From a virus (Duplodnaviria > Caudoviricetes), in IMG/VR virus record IMGVR_UViG_3300048599_000899, positions 1 to 42,558 of that record: a stretch of DNA of 42,558 nt; one strand, given 5' to 3'. Both the position numbers and the translations under genes were made by a program. The notes below the pieces were generated by a model. That model saw only the letters and a list, made by a program, of their open reading frames with translations, made no database searches and was not told the origin of the DNA. This document shows positions 7,460 to 16,060 of this stretch, piece by piece. Positions within the stretch are counted from its first letter, which is position 1, and each line of letters begins with the position of its first letter.

Positions 7460-8940
7460 CGGTCTCCATCCTCATCGGCGACGTGCGCGAGAAGCTGCGC
7501 GAACTGCCCTCCGATCACTTCGACTGCGTCGTGACCTCTCCCCCGTATTGGGGCCTGCGGGATTACGGCACCGGCAAGTGGGAGGGCGGCGACCCGGCGT
7601 GCGATCACCGCTCGCCGACGATGCGTGCGGATCGGAAGGAAGACCGGCCGGCGCTCGCGGGCTCGGCGGCGACGAACAGCCAACAACTTCGCCTCGCCCA
7701 TTCGAGCGCCTGCGGGAAGTGCGGCGCGGTGAAGGTTGATGCCCAGATCGGGCTGGAGCCCACCCTCGGCGAACACCTGGCCGTAATGGTCGAGGTTTTC
7801 GAGGAGGTGAAGCGCGTTCTCAAGCCGACCGGTACGCTCTGGGTCAACTATGGCGATTGCTACGCCACCAGCCCAAACGGGCGCAGCGCGGCCGACACGA
7901 AGGCGGCCGGTAGTGACGACCGCACGTTCCACGACAAGCCCTTCTCGACGGTCGGGCCGATCTACGTCGCCGATCCGCGCGATGCTGATCGACGCGGCGG
8001 CAAGTCGGCGTTGCAGGGGCCTCAGACCCTTCACACGCCGGGCCGCATAGGTGCCGGCGGCGTCCTTAAGGCGAAGGATCTCTGCATGGTCCCGAACCGG
8101 CTCGCCATCGCCATGCAGGAAGCAGGTTGGTGGGTCCGCTCGGAAATCATCTGGGCCAAGCCCAACCCCATGCCCGAGAGCATCAAGGACCGGCCGGCGA
8201 CCTCGCACGAAAAGATTTTCATGTTCGCGAAGTCCGGCACGACGACCATCTACAGGTCCCGAGATACCGGCCAGTGGTCGCTTGATCCCGATCTGAGCGA
8301 ACGGATCCCCGCGCCGACCGATGACGATCCCGACGCCACGCTGAACCGCTGGCGAGGGTTCGACTACTATTACGATGGACCGGCCGTGCGGCAGAGCGCC
8401 GCCTCATCGTCTGTCGCCCGCTGGGCGCAGGACGTTGAAGCGCAGGAAGGTTCGCACCGGGCCAACGGCGGTCGGAAGACTAACGGCACCATGAAGGCCG
8501 TGGGCGGGCCTCGCACCAAGAACCGTGCGTCGGATATCGCAGCCCCCCGCCATGCCGGCCACATCAACCACACCGGGATCGAAGAGACGCCCCGCGGTGA
8601 AGGCCGCAGCTTGCGCAACTATGAGCCCGCGCCGGTTCAAGTCTGGACCATCGCCACCCGGCCTTTCAGCGAGGCGCACTTCGCTACCTTCCCGCCCGAA
8701 CTGGCCGAGCGCTGCCTTGTGGCAGGCTGTCCGCGAGGCGGCCGGGTTCTAGATCCATTTGGCGGGGCCGGGACGACGGCGCTTGTCGCTGACGCTCTCG
8801 GCCTCGACTGCACCCTGATCGAACTGAACCCGGACTATGCGGAGATCGCGGCCCGGCGGCTGCGCGCCGGTTTGGTCCGGGTCGAAGGCGTCGCCCATTC
8901 GACGGCCGCTGGGCCTCTGTTCGACACGGAGGCCGCATGA
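7456..8940 (+). CDS. DNA amino-methyltransferase, beta class (SPPY; N4-cytosine likely)
   Basis: DCVVTSPPYWG, IIWAKPNPMPES, HFATFPPEL, VLDPFGGAGTT. Confidence 0.95.
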   Translation: MTVSILIGDVREKLRELPSDHFDCVVTSPPYWGLRDYGTGKWEGGDPACDHRSPTMRADRKEDRPALAGSAATNSQQLRLAHSSACGKCGAVKVDAQIGLEPTLGEHLAVMVEVFEEVKRVLKPTGTLWVNYGDCYATSPNGRSAADTKAAGSDDRTFHDKPFSTVGPIYVADPRDADRRGGKSALQGPQTLHTPGRIGAGGVLKAKDLCMVPNRLAIAMQEAGWWVRSEIIWAKPNPMPESIKDRPATSHEKIFMFAKSGTTTIYRSRDTGQWSLDPDLSERIPAPTDDDPDATLNRWRGFDYYYDGPAVRQSAASSSVARWAQDVEAQEGSHRANGGRKTNGTMKAVGGPRTKNRASDIAAPRHAGHINHTGIEETPRGEGRSLRNYEPAPVQVWTIATRPFSEAHFATFPPELAERCLVAGCPRGGRVLDPFGGAGTTALVADALGLDCTLIELNPDYAEIAARRLRAGLVRVEGVAHSTAAGPLFDTEAA

Positions 8941-9191
8941 ACACGGCCCGCCAGCAAGCCGAACTCGCCCACGAACTTGATGTGGCCGAGCGCAAGGCAT
9001 GGGAGTCCCTTGCCCGCTACAAGTTCCAGATGTTCGGATATTGGGCCGCTATCTGGGTCCATCTGAACCGGATCGGCGGCTTTAAGCGGCGGAACCCTTG
9101 GGCGGCGCTCGTCGCCGCGGCGCGGGACGTACAACCGGCCGATGAACGCGCCGCAGCCGCAGTCCCGCTGTTCGCGGGAGAAGCGGCATGA
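8937..9191 (+). CDS. Hypothetical phage protein
   Basis: ATGA overlaps; AERKAWESLARYKFQMFGYWAAIWVHLNR. Confidence 0.8.
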   Translation: MNTARQQAELAHELDVAERKAWESLARYKFQMFGYWAAIWVHLNRIGGFKRRNPWAALVAAARDVQPADERAAAAVPLFAGEAA

Positions 9192-11137
9192 GGTTCGGTT
9201 CATGGTGCAGCGGCATTGAGGCCGCATCCGAGGCCTGGAAGCCGCTCGGCTGGCAATGCGCCTATGTCGCCGAGATCGAGCCGTTTCCGTGCGCCTATCT
9301 CGCACAGACCTACGGCGCCGGCCGGCCGCGCTACATGCCCGATCCAGATCAGGCGGCAGATCCGAAGGACCGCGCCCGCCGTCGCGCCGCGCTCAAGGCC
9401 ATGGATCGGATCGAATGGGGCGACCGCCTGACGAACCTTGGCGACATCAGCCAGGTCAAGGCAGCCGAACTCGACCCGGTGGACATCATCGCAGCGGGCT
9501 TCCCTTGCCAGGATTTCAGCATTGCGGGCCTGCGGGCGTCGCTCGGCGGCTCCCGCGGCTCCCTCTCCGTCATTGGTGTGAGGCTCCTCCTTGAAGCAGC
9601 AGAACTTGGACTTGTTCGCGGGGCTCTCCTCGAGCAGGCGCCAGACGTCCTCAACACCGCCGACAACGCCTGGGGCAATATCCTGGGAGCGCTTGTCGGC
9701 TCAGATGCTGCCCTTGCGGGACTTGAGCACGGCGGAAAGTGGCCGCGTGCAGGTATGGTTGCCGGGCCACGGGCACAGGTCGCTTGGCGGATTCTCGACG
9801 CTCAACATTTCGGACTCGCCCAACGACGCGAGCGCGTGTGGTCTGTTGTCGACTTTGGAAACGGGCCCGATCCCGCGGCGGTTCTATTTGAGTGCAAAGG
9901 CGTGTCTGGGCATCCTGCGCCGGGCAGCCGCTCGAACGAAGACGTTGCCCCGACTCTTGCGGGAGGCGCTCGAAAGCGTGGCGGGTTCAGCTACGACGAC
10001 GTCCCCCAGGTCCCCGCTGGGTCACAACGGCGGGCCGCCTTTGGAGGAAACAACACCTCTGGACCAATCGACGTAGCGACGGCACGCACGGCGAGCCATA
10101 CGGCGAGCCATACGGCGAGCCATACGGCGAGCGGACGGCAGGACTTCGAGAGCGAGACCTTCGTCGTGGACGGGGAATTTGGCCAGTACCGAGCCAGTGA
10201 CGTCGCCGCGACCCTTCGAGCTGAGGGCGCCGATTGCGGCCATGGGTCTGAGGCTATGGTCGCTCATAGCCTCAGGGGGGAGGGGTTCGACGCTTCCGAA
10301 GACGGTACGGGGCGCGGAACCCCCATCGTCCCGGTCGCCTTCACATGCAAGGACTATGGCGCCGACGCCGGCCCATTGTCTCCCACGCTCCGAGCGATGG
10401 GCCATGCCGGTTCGCACGCCAACGCCGGCGGCCAGGTCGCGATCGCCTTCAACGCGCGTGAAGACTTGGTCTCGTCCGACGATGCTTTCGGCGCCCTCGG
10501 CTGTTCGTCACCGCAAGCCCAGGCCGTCGCGTTCAGTCTGCGCGGCCGTGAGGGCGGGGCGATGCCGGAGGTCGAGGAAGGCGATGTAGCGCCGGCCATC
10601 CGGGCAGCTAACGGCGGATCGACGCGACCCTTCGTGGCGTTCCAGGGACGCGGCTCGAACCTTGACATCGACCAGGACGTGGCCGGCACCCTTGGAAGCA
10701 ACACGGACCGGGCGAGCGGTGGCGCGCCGATGCTGGTCTTCGATGAGACGCAGATCACCTCACCGACGAACCGCAGCCAACCGACGCTCGGCCAGCCCTC
10801 GCACCCACTGACCGCAAAGGGCAGGCCGCCGACATTGGCAAGCCCCATGGCCGTCCGCCGCATCACCGTCGTCGAGGCCGAGCGCCTCCAAGGGTTCCGC
10901 GACAACGCAACCCTGATCCGCTGGCGCGGCCCGATGCGCAAGGGTGACGATCACGCCGAAACGGTCGCCTATCTCGCTGGCCACGGGTTTGCCCCTAACG
11001 AGGCCGAGGAACTGGCGAGGACGCCTGACGGGCCTCGCTACAAGGCCATCGGCAATTCCTGGCCCGTGACCGTGGCGCGCTGGATCGGCGAGCGCATCGA
11101 GGCGGCGGATACGTTCGAGCGCGGGAGGGCTGCATGA
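9188..11137 (+). CDS. DNA (cytosine-5) methyltransferase, large variable region
   Basis: Motif I CSGIEA, IV GFPCQDFSIAG, VIII AQRRERVW, IX/X EAERLQGF...RYKAIGNSWPV. Confidence 0.95.
   Translation: MRFGSWCSGIEAASEAWKPLGWQCAYVAEIEPFPCAYLAQTYGAGRPRYMPDPDQAADPKDRARRRAALKAMDRIEWGDRLTNLGDISQVKAAELDPVDIIAAGFPCQDFSIAGLRASLGGSRGSLSVIGVRLLLEAAELGLVRGALLEQAPDVLNTADNAWGNILGALVGSDAALAGLEHGGKWPRAGMVAGPRAQVAWRILDAQHFGLAQRRERVWSVVDFGNGPDPAAVLFECKGVSGHPAPGSRSNEDVAPTLAGGARKRGGFSYDDVPQVPAGSQRRAAFGGNNTSGPIDVATARTASHTASHTASHTASGRQDFESETFVVDGEFGQYRASDVAATLRAEGADCGHGSEAMVAHSLRGEGFDASEDGTGRGTPIVPVAFTCKDYGADAGPLSPTLRAMGHAGSHANAGGQVAIAFNAREDLVSSDDAFGALGCSSPQAQAVAFSLRGREGGAMPEVEEGDVAPAIRAANGGSTRPFVAFQGRGSNLDIDQDVAGTLGSNTDRASGGAPMLVFDETQITSPTNRSQPTLGQPSHPLTAKGRPPTLASPMAVRRITVVEAERLQGFRDNATLIRWRGPMRKGDDHAETVAYLAGHGFAPNEAEELARTPDGPRYKAIGNSWPVTVARWIGERIEAADTFERGRAA
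9591..10076 (+). CDS. Nested out-of-frame ORF, putative methyltransferase beta polypeptide
   Basis: +1 frame ORF inside the C5 MTase, with TLNISDSPNDASACGLLSTLETGPIPRRFYLSAKACLGILRRA...LPRLLREAL; TTG start uncertain. Confidence 0.7.
   Translation: MKQQNLDLFAGLSSSRRQTSSTPPTTPGAISWERLSAQMLPLRDLSTAESGRVQVWLPGHGHRSLGGFSTLNISDSPNDASACGLLSTLETGPIPRRFYLSAKACLGILRRAAARTKTLPRLLREALESVAGSATTTSPRSPLGHNGGPPLEETTPLDQST
10088..10132 (+). repeat. 12-bp tandem repeat acggcgagccat x3.75 (TASH repeats)
   Basis: Directly visible; in frame. Confidence 0.95.
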
Positions 11138-11343
11138 CCAAGCCCACACCGGCCCAGCTTCGCGTCATGGCCGACAAGGCTGTACGCCACGATCTGCAAG
11201 GCACACCGTCCTCCGAGCGAGCCCAGGCCTGCCGGGTGATGATCCGCGCCTGGACGGTGGCGCTATTCCACGAAGAGGGCGCCGAGGCGGCCGCTGAGAC
11301 GTCCTATCGACTTGGCGACGAGATGGTTGGAGGTGTGCGGTGA
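11134..11343 (+). CDS. Hypothetical protein
   Basis: RBS and 4-nt overlaps on both sides. Confidence 0.75.
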   Translation: MTKPTPAQLRVMADKAVRHDLQGTPSSERAQACRVMIRAWTVALFHEEGAEAAAETSYRLGDEMVGGVR

Positions 11344-12083
11344 GCACCCATCCATACATCCCGCTCTATGTTGACGACTACGACGCAGCGACGGCCCACC
11401 TTTCTGTCGAGGAGGACGGCGCCTATAGCCGGCTGCTTCGCCTCTGCTGGCGCACGCCAGGCTGTTCGTTGCCCAACGATCCTGCCTGGATTGCGAGGAA
11501 GATCAGGCTCTCACCAGACGACTTCACCAGGGTCGCCCAGCCCGTGCTGGATGAGTTCTTTAAGCTCGTTCGGGGACGCCTCGTCCAGAAGCGACTTCGA
11601 GAAGAATACGACGACATCTCGCGCAAGAAATCGGCGAGGAAAAACGCCGGAAAAAAGGGTGGTGACGCTAAGGCGCTGAAAGATAAGGAAAAGGCGTCTG
11701 GCAATGCTAGCGATTTGCCAGCACACACGCGCGCGTTTCCAGAACCAAACCCAGAACCAAACCCAGAACCAGAAGATAGTTCCGAAGATAAATCTTCGGG
11801 CGCCGCTGGCGCCGAGCTATCGACGGATCCCGACAAAGCGACCTGGGACCTGGCGCTCCAGGTCCTCGGTGAGCAAGGGCGCATGCCACCGCCAAGGGCA
11901 CGGTCCTTCTTCGGCAAGCTGCTCAGAGATCATCGGCTGACCGCGAAGGAGCTGCTGCCAGCTGTCGGCGGCGCCTTTTCCAATCAGACCCAGGACCCAG
12001 TGGCCTACCTCACCCGAGCCGCTGCAGGCGTCGCCAAGCGGAGAGCCGACAACCAGCAATCCGTCAGGCAGGGGTTCGTCTGA
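11340..12083 (+). CDS. DUF1376/YdaU family replication initiator
   Basis: PYIPLYVDDY..ATAHLSVEEDGAYSRLL..CW; low-complexity linker; DPVAYL C-terminus; directly upstream of primase/helicase. Confidence 0.88.
   Translation: MSTHPYIPLYVDDYDAATAHLSVEEDGAYSRLLRLCWRTPGCSLPNDPAWIARKIRLSPDDFTRVAQPVLDEFFKLVRGRLVQKRLREEYDDISRKKSARKNAGKKGGDAKALKDKEKASGNASDLPAHTRAFPEPNPEPNPEPEDSSEDKSSGAAGAELSTDPDKATWDLALQVLGEQGRMPPPRARSFFGKLLRDHRLTAKELLPAVGGAFSNQTQDPVAYLTRAAAGVAKRRADNQQSVRQGFV
11739..11799. repeat. ccagaaccaaac x3 plus inverted repeat ccgaagat-aa-atcttcgg (possible origin elements)
   Basis: Repeats at 11739-11774 and palindrome at 11782-11799, in an A-rich part of the initiator gene. The origin role is inferred from lambdoid precedent. 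Confidence 0.5.
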
Positions 12084-12379
12084 TGGCGACCATGTTCGAG
12101 AAGGCGAGGGACGCCGGTATCGAGGTGCGGCCGCACGGAACCGACTATCGGACCCCGTGCCCGCAGTGCTCTCCGAACAGGCGGAAGAAAAAGGACCCCT
12201 GCCTCCACATCACGATCACAACGGACGCGATCCGTTGGTGCTGTTTTCACTGCGATTTCAAGGGAGCTGCCTCCGATGACCATGAGCGACGCATTGCTGC
12301 AAACGATCGAGGCCCGCGGGATCGACGTGGAATTGGCGGCAAGCCTGGGGCTCGACAGCGTGCGCCGCGATGGTGGTGA
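12083..12379 (+). CDS. Stand-alone primase zinc-binding domain
   Basis: TPCPQCSPNRRKKKDPCL...WCCFHCDFKG. Confidence 0.85.
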   Translation: MATMFEKARDAGIEVRPHGTDYRTPCPQCSPNRRKKKDPCLHITITTDAIRWCCFHCDFKGAASDDHERRIAANDRGPRDRRGIGGKPGARQRAPRWW

Positions 12380-13814
12380 AGCGTTGGTCATACCGTTCAA
12401 GCGGGACGGCCAGATCGTACGTCGAAAGTACCGGTTCTTCGACCGTGACGAGGGGAAGTGGACGGCGGACAAGGGTGGCCAGCGTATCGCCTTCAACGAG
12501 GACTGCCTCAGAGATGAAGCGCTGCTGGGGCAACCCCTGATCATCACCGAGGGCGAGTTTGACGCTATCGCAGCAATCCAGAGCGGCTTCGCACGCACCA
12601 TCAGCGTGCCAGATGGTGCTCCACCGCCAGGTGACCGTAGCAAGGAGGAACTTGAGGAGAGCGCCAAATGGTCCTGGGTGCAGGATATCAAACCGCTCAT
12701 CGCACCGGACCGGGCCCCCGAAATCATCATCGCGGCCGACGGTGATGCCAACGGGGCGGCGATGCTGCAGGACCTGTCAGTCCTTCTCCTGCGCTCGCGC
12801 TGCAAATTCCTGACCTACCCCAAGGCTCCGCGAGAGCATCGCGAGCTCCTGGGCCGTGATCGCTGCAAAGACCTCAACGAGGTGTTGCAGTTCTACGGAC
12901 AGAAAGGCGTCGTCGAGACGATCCAACGCGCTGCCTGGATCAAGGTCGACGGCGTCTTCCTGATGAGCCAATTGCCTCCCCTGCCGGAGCCGCAGAAGTT
13001 CGATATCGGTTTCAGTCTCCTAGGCGAGAACTATCGGGTGCGTCTCGGCGACTTTGTCGTGGTCACGGGCGTCCCAGGTCTCGGCAAATCCACGTTCGCA
13101 AACGACCTCTGCTGCCGTCTCGCGCTCAACCATGGCCTCAAGATCGCATGGGCGTCGTTCGAGCAGGCACCGCAGCGCGATCACCGACGGGCCCTGCGGT
13201 CTTGGTATGGTCGGCCCTATCATCCAGGTCTCGACGTCGACCCACGCGACGACGCACCAGCACGCGAGGGGCGGCCTGCTCACATGATGACGACCGAAGA
13301 GGTCGCGGAAGCCGACGCCTGGATCGACCGCCACATGGTCTTCATCGTTCCCAGCGAGGACGACGACGTCACTCTCGACTGGATGCTCGACCGTATGGAG
13401 GCGGCGGTTATCCAGTTCGGTGTCCAGGTGATCGTCATCGACCCCTGGAACGAGATGGACCATGCGCGCGCTCGCGACGAGACCATGACCGAATACGTCG
13501 GCCGCGCCATCAAGACGTTCAAGCGCTTCGCCAGGAAGTTCCAGGTGCACATGATCGTGGTGGCGCACCCCACGAAGTCGCTCAAGGACGGCGACGGCAA
13601 GTACAAAATGCCGACCCTCTACGACATCTCGGACTCGGCCAACTGGTACAACAAGTGCGACCTGGGCCTGATCGTGCACCGGGAGAATGCCGACGACACG
13701 ATCATCAAGGTCCAGAAGTCTCGCTATCACGAAGAGATCGGCCGGCCGGGGGAGGTGCGCATGCACTACGGTCGCGACGATCGCCGCTTCAAGGAACAGG
13801 AGCGACTGGCATGA
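12276..13814 (+). CDS. TOPRIM primase + SF4 (DnaB/Twinkle/T7 gp4-like) helicase
   Basis: ITEGEFDA, AADGDANG, KDLNE; Walker A GVPGLGKST, VIDPW, VAHP, ISDSANW; own AAGGGAG RBS. Confidence 0.93.
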   Translation: MTMSDALLQTIEARGIDVELAASLGLDSVRRDGGEALVIPFKRDGQIVRRKYRFFDRDEGKWTADKGGQRIAFNEDCLRDEALLGQPLIITEGEFDAIAAIQSGFARTISVPDGAPPPGDRSKEELEESAKWSWVQDIKPLIAPDRAPEIIIAADGDANGAAMLQDLSVLLLRSRCKFLTYPKAPREHRELLGRDRCKDLNEVLQFYGQKGVVETIQRAAWIKVDGVFLMSQLPPLPEPQKFDIGFSLLGENYRVRLGDFVVVTGVPGLGKSTFANDLCCRLALNHGLKIAWASFEQAPQRDHRRALRSWYGRPYHPGLDVDPRDDAPAREGRPAHMMTTEEVAEADAWIDRHMVFIVPSEDDDVTLDWMLDRMEAAVIQFGVQVIVIDPWNEMDHARARDETMTEYVGRAIKTFKRFARKFQVHMIVVAHPTKSLKDGDGKYKMPTLYDISDSANWYNKCDLGLIVHRENADDTIIKVQKSRYHEEIGRPGEVRMHYGRDDRRFKEQERLA

Positions 13815-14386
13815 TCCGGGCGCTCACCACACGCTACGGCGGCCGGCGCTATCGCAGCAGAGTTGAGGCCCGTTGGGCGGTGTTCCTCGACGCCTGCGGC
13901 ATTGCTTTCGCCTACGAGGCCGATGGCTATGCGCTCCCCTCGGGCCCGTACCTGCCGGACTTCTGGCTCACAGACTTCCAGGTGTTCTTGGAGATCAAAG
14001 GCCAGGCGCCCACTGAAGAGGAGCGGCAGAAGTGCGTCGAACTGGCTGAGGCCGCGGAGCGCTGTGTCATGCTGGCGGTCGGACAGCCCGACGAGCGGTT
14101 CCAGATCGTATGGTTCGATCCACGCGGCGCCGATGACGAGGGCGAGTACGTCTATGCCATCGCCGCGGACGCCGCAGTGGCCGGTTGTTTCTGGCTCGTG
14201 GGCGAGGATCACGGGCGCTGGCTTGGCGGCGGGGACCTCACGCTGACGCAACTGCGGGGCGGTCCGGTCTTCAGTCCCCTATATCCCGCATACGAAGCCG
14301 CCCTGTCGTCCCGCTTTGACGGCGCCGAGCGCGAGCGCCGGTTCCCTCTGCTTGTCCACCCGCTTGATCACTGGAGGGCGGCATGA
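13811..14386 (+). CDS. PD-(D/E)xK nuclease-like protein
   Basis: YRSRVEARWAVFLD...YLPDFWL...FLEIKG; start at the ATGA overlap 13811. Confidence 0.85.
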   Translation: MIRALTTRYGGRRYRSRVEARWAVFLDACGIAFAYEADGYALPSGPYLPDFWLTDFQVFLEIKGQAPTEEERQKCVELAEAAERCVMLAVGQPDERFQIVWFDPRGADDEGEYVYAIAADAAVAGCFWLVGEDHGRWLGGGDLTLTQLRGGPVFSPLYPAYEAALSSRFDGAERERRFPLLVHPLDHWRAA

Positions 14387-14799
14387 TCCGCGTAGTTTTC
14401 CTGGCGGCCGCGCTCGCCCTCGCCACCCCGGCCTTGGCGGACCCATGCAAGGCCATCCCCGACAAGGGGCCCATGCCTGCGTACCTGTCGAAGGGCCGAA
14501 CCTTCAGCGGCCCGGTGACCTATGTCGGAGACGGCGACAGCCTGTGCGTATCGGTGGCGCCCGGCGCGGTCGGGATGGTCGAGGTCCGGCTCGCTGATTT
14601 CTATGCCCCCGAACTCCATGCGCCTGGAGGCAAGGAGGCGAAGCAGGCGCTCGAGCGTGTCGCGTTCGCCAAGCGCGCCGTCTGCACCGCCCAGCACCGC
14701 AGTTACGACCGCGTGGTCGCCGTGTGCCGGATCGGGGGCGTGTCCGTTGGCGAACTGATGCGGCGGCAAGGGATTTCTGAGGGAGGAAACGGACGTTGA
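14383..14799 (+). CDS. Thermonuclease (SNase) family protein with signal peptide
   Basis: Signal peptide ending PALA-D; VGDGDSL, VRLADFYAPE, YDRVVAVC. Confidence 0.88.
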   Translation: MIRVVFLAAALALATPALADPCKAIPDKGPMPAYLSKGRTFSGPVTYVGDGDSLCVSVAPGAVGMVEVRLADFYAPELHAPGGKEAKQALERVAFAKRAVCTAQHRSYDRVVAVCRIGGVSVGELMRRQGISEGGNGR

Positions 14800-15689
14800 C
14801 CAGTGCTGCCAAGACCGAAAACCCCGAGGAAATCCGCCGCCGGATCAGCGAGGAGAAGCGCCGGCGATTGCTGGAACGCAACCAGCGCTTGGCCAGCCTC
14901 GACGCCCCCATGCGCGATCCCGGATTTGTCCAGTCCATCGCCAAGGCCGAGGGGAAGCTGCTCACCGCCCAAGCCAACCTCGACGCCCTCCGCGCCGGCG
15001 ACCCGAAGCGGAATCGCAAGGCGATCAAGCGCGCCGAGAACCAGGTTCGCGATCTGGCCGAGGAACTGGCCAAGATCCAGGAACAGGAGCGCTCGACCTA
15101 TCTCCTCTACGGCCAGGCGCGCGAGCCGATCATCCTGGCCCGGATGCGAGGCGAGGAGGTCGAGGCATATGAGGCTGAAACGGCAGAGGTCTTGCGGGAC
15201 GAACACGGCGCCAGGATCATCATCCGCCGCGGCGAGAACCGTGGTCTCCCCCGCATGAAATACGACGTCGCGCTGCGAGCGAAGAAACTCGCTGGCGTCC
15301 AGCACGCTTACGCACACGCCTACCTAGGCGACCATCCTGAAGCTGAGCGCCGATTGGACACCGGTGAGCACTACGGCCAGTGTTACGAGATCATCAAGGG
15401 CATGACCTCGACTGCGGGCGAGGGCGGTGGTGGGTTTGGACCGAAGGGCCCGCAGCCCCGTGTGATCGAGGCCGGCCAGGACTACGCCGACTTCGTCGCC
15501 GGGATCACCGCGCGCCAAAGGGCGGCCCTCGACCTCGTCTGCGGGAAGAGCATGCGGGTCGGCCAGGCCGCGGCGGCGATGCGGGCGGATGCTCGGACGG
15601 TGCGGCGGCTGCTGGCGTCGGGGTTGGACGAGGCCGGGAGGTCGCTGGTCGCGGAGCGGGCGCGGAGAATCCTACTCCGCGCCGCCTAA
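14796..15689 (+). CDS. Putative late-gene regulator (C-terminal sigma region 4-like HTH)
   Basis: ITARQRAALDLVCGKSMRVGQAAAAMRADARTVRRLL; last early gene before terminase (Q position). Confidence 0.6.
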   Translation: MTSAAKTENPEEIRRRISEEKRRRLLERNQRLASLDAPMRDPGFVQSIAKAEGKLLTAQANLDALRAGDPKRNRKAIKRAENQVRDLAEELAKIQEQERSTYLLYGQAREPIILARMRGEEVEAYEAETAEVLRDEHGARIIIRRGENRGLPRMKYDVALRAKKLAGVQHAYAHAYLGDHPEAERRLDTGEHYGQCYEIIKGMTSTAGEGGGGFGPKGPQPRVIEAGQDYADFVAGITARQRAALDLVCGKSMRVGQAAAAMRADARTVRRLLASGLDEAGRSLVAERARRILLRAA

Positions 15690-15706
15690 GTACGCGACTT
15701 TGGCCG

Positions 15707-15886
15707 CTACTCCATCGGCGGCAGCCCGTAAGCCAGGGCCGCGCAAGCAAGCTGGATGTACCGCGGAACCCGCGTCTGGCGCTCCAACCGACCATAGGTA
15801 TCGCGGGACACGCCAAGCCGATCAGCCGCATCTCTCACCCTGAGGCGCATCCTCACGCGCCACGCCCTGAGCTGCGAACCGGTCAT
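15707..15886 (-). CDS. Small XRE-family HTH protein (59 aa)
   Basis: MTGSQLRAWRVRMRLRVRDAADRLGVSRDTYGRLE...VPRYIQLACAAL. Confidence 0.85.
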   Translation of the reverse strand: MTGSQLRAWRVRMRLRVRDAADRLGVSRDTYGRLERQTRVPRYIQLACAALAYGLPPME

Positions 15887-15902
15887 GATCTGAGAATACG
15901 TT

Positions 15903-15946
15903 ATTTTGCGGCAAAATCGCGGGAAAATGCCGCATATTGCGGCATT
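15903..15946. promoter_or_regulatory. Two palindromes between XRE gene and terS
   Basis: attttgc-g-gcaaaat 15903-15917; aatgccgca-tat-tgcggcatt 15926-15946; AT-rich intergenic region. Confidence 0.65.
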
Positions 15947-16060
15947 CCCAGAAAATCGGCACAAGATCGGGTTGCAAGACGCCCAAATTTCGCGACCCTA
16001 AAGCGCAGATTGAGTTGGTGCGCCCGGGGCGGCCAGAACTCCAAACTAGACGGTGGATAG

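Noticed and set aside
13148-13810. Long N-terminal extension of the PD-(D/E)xK nuclease
   Set aside because: It is an Arg-rich off-frame read of the helicase; the ATGA overlap at 13811 is the natural start.
7456-14386. Restriction-modification system formed by the MTases and the PD-(D/E)xK nuclease
   Set aside because: The genes are not adjacent and sit in a typical phage replication operon; orphan MTases plus a replication or recombination nuclease is the simpler reading.
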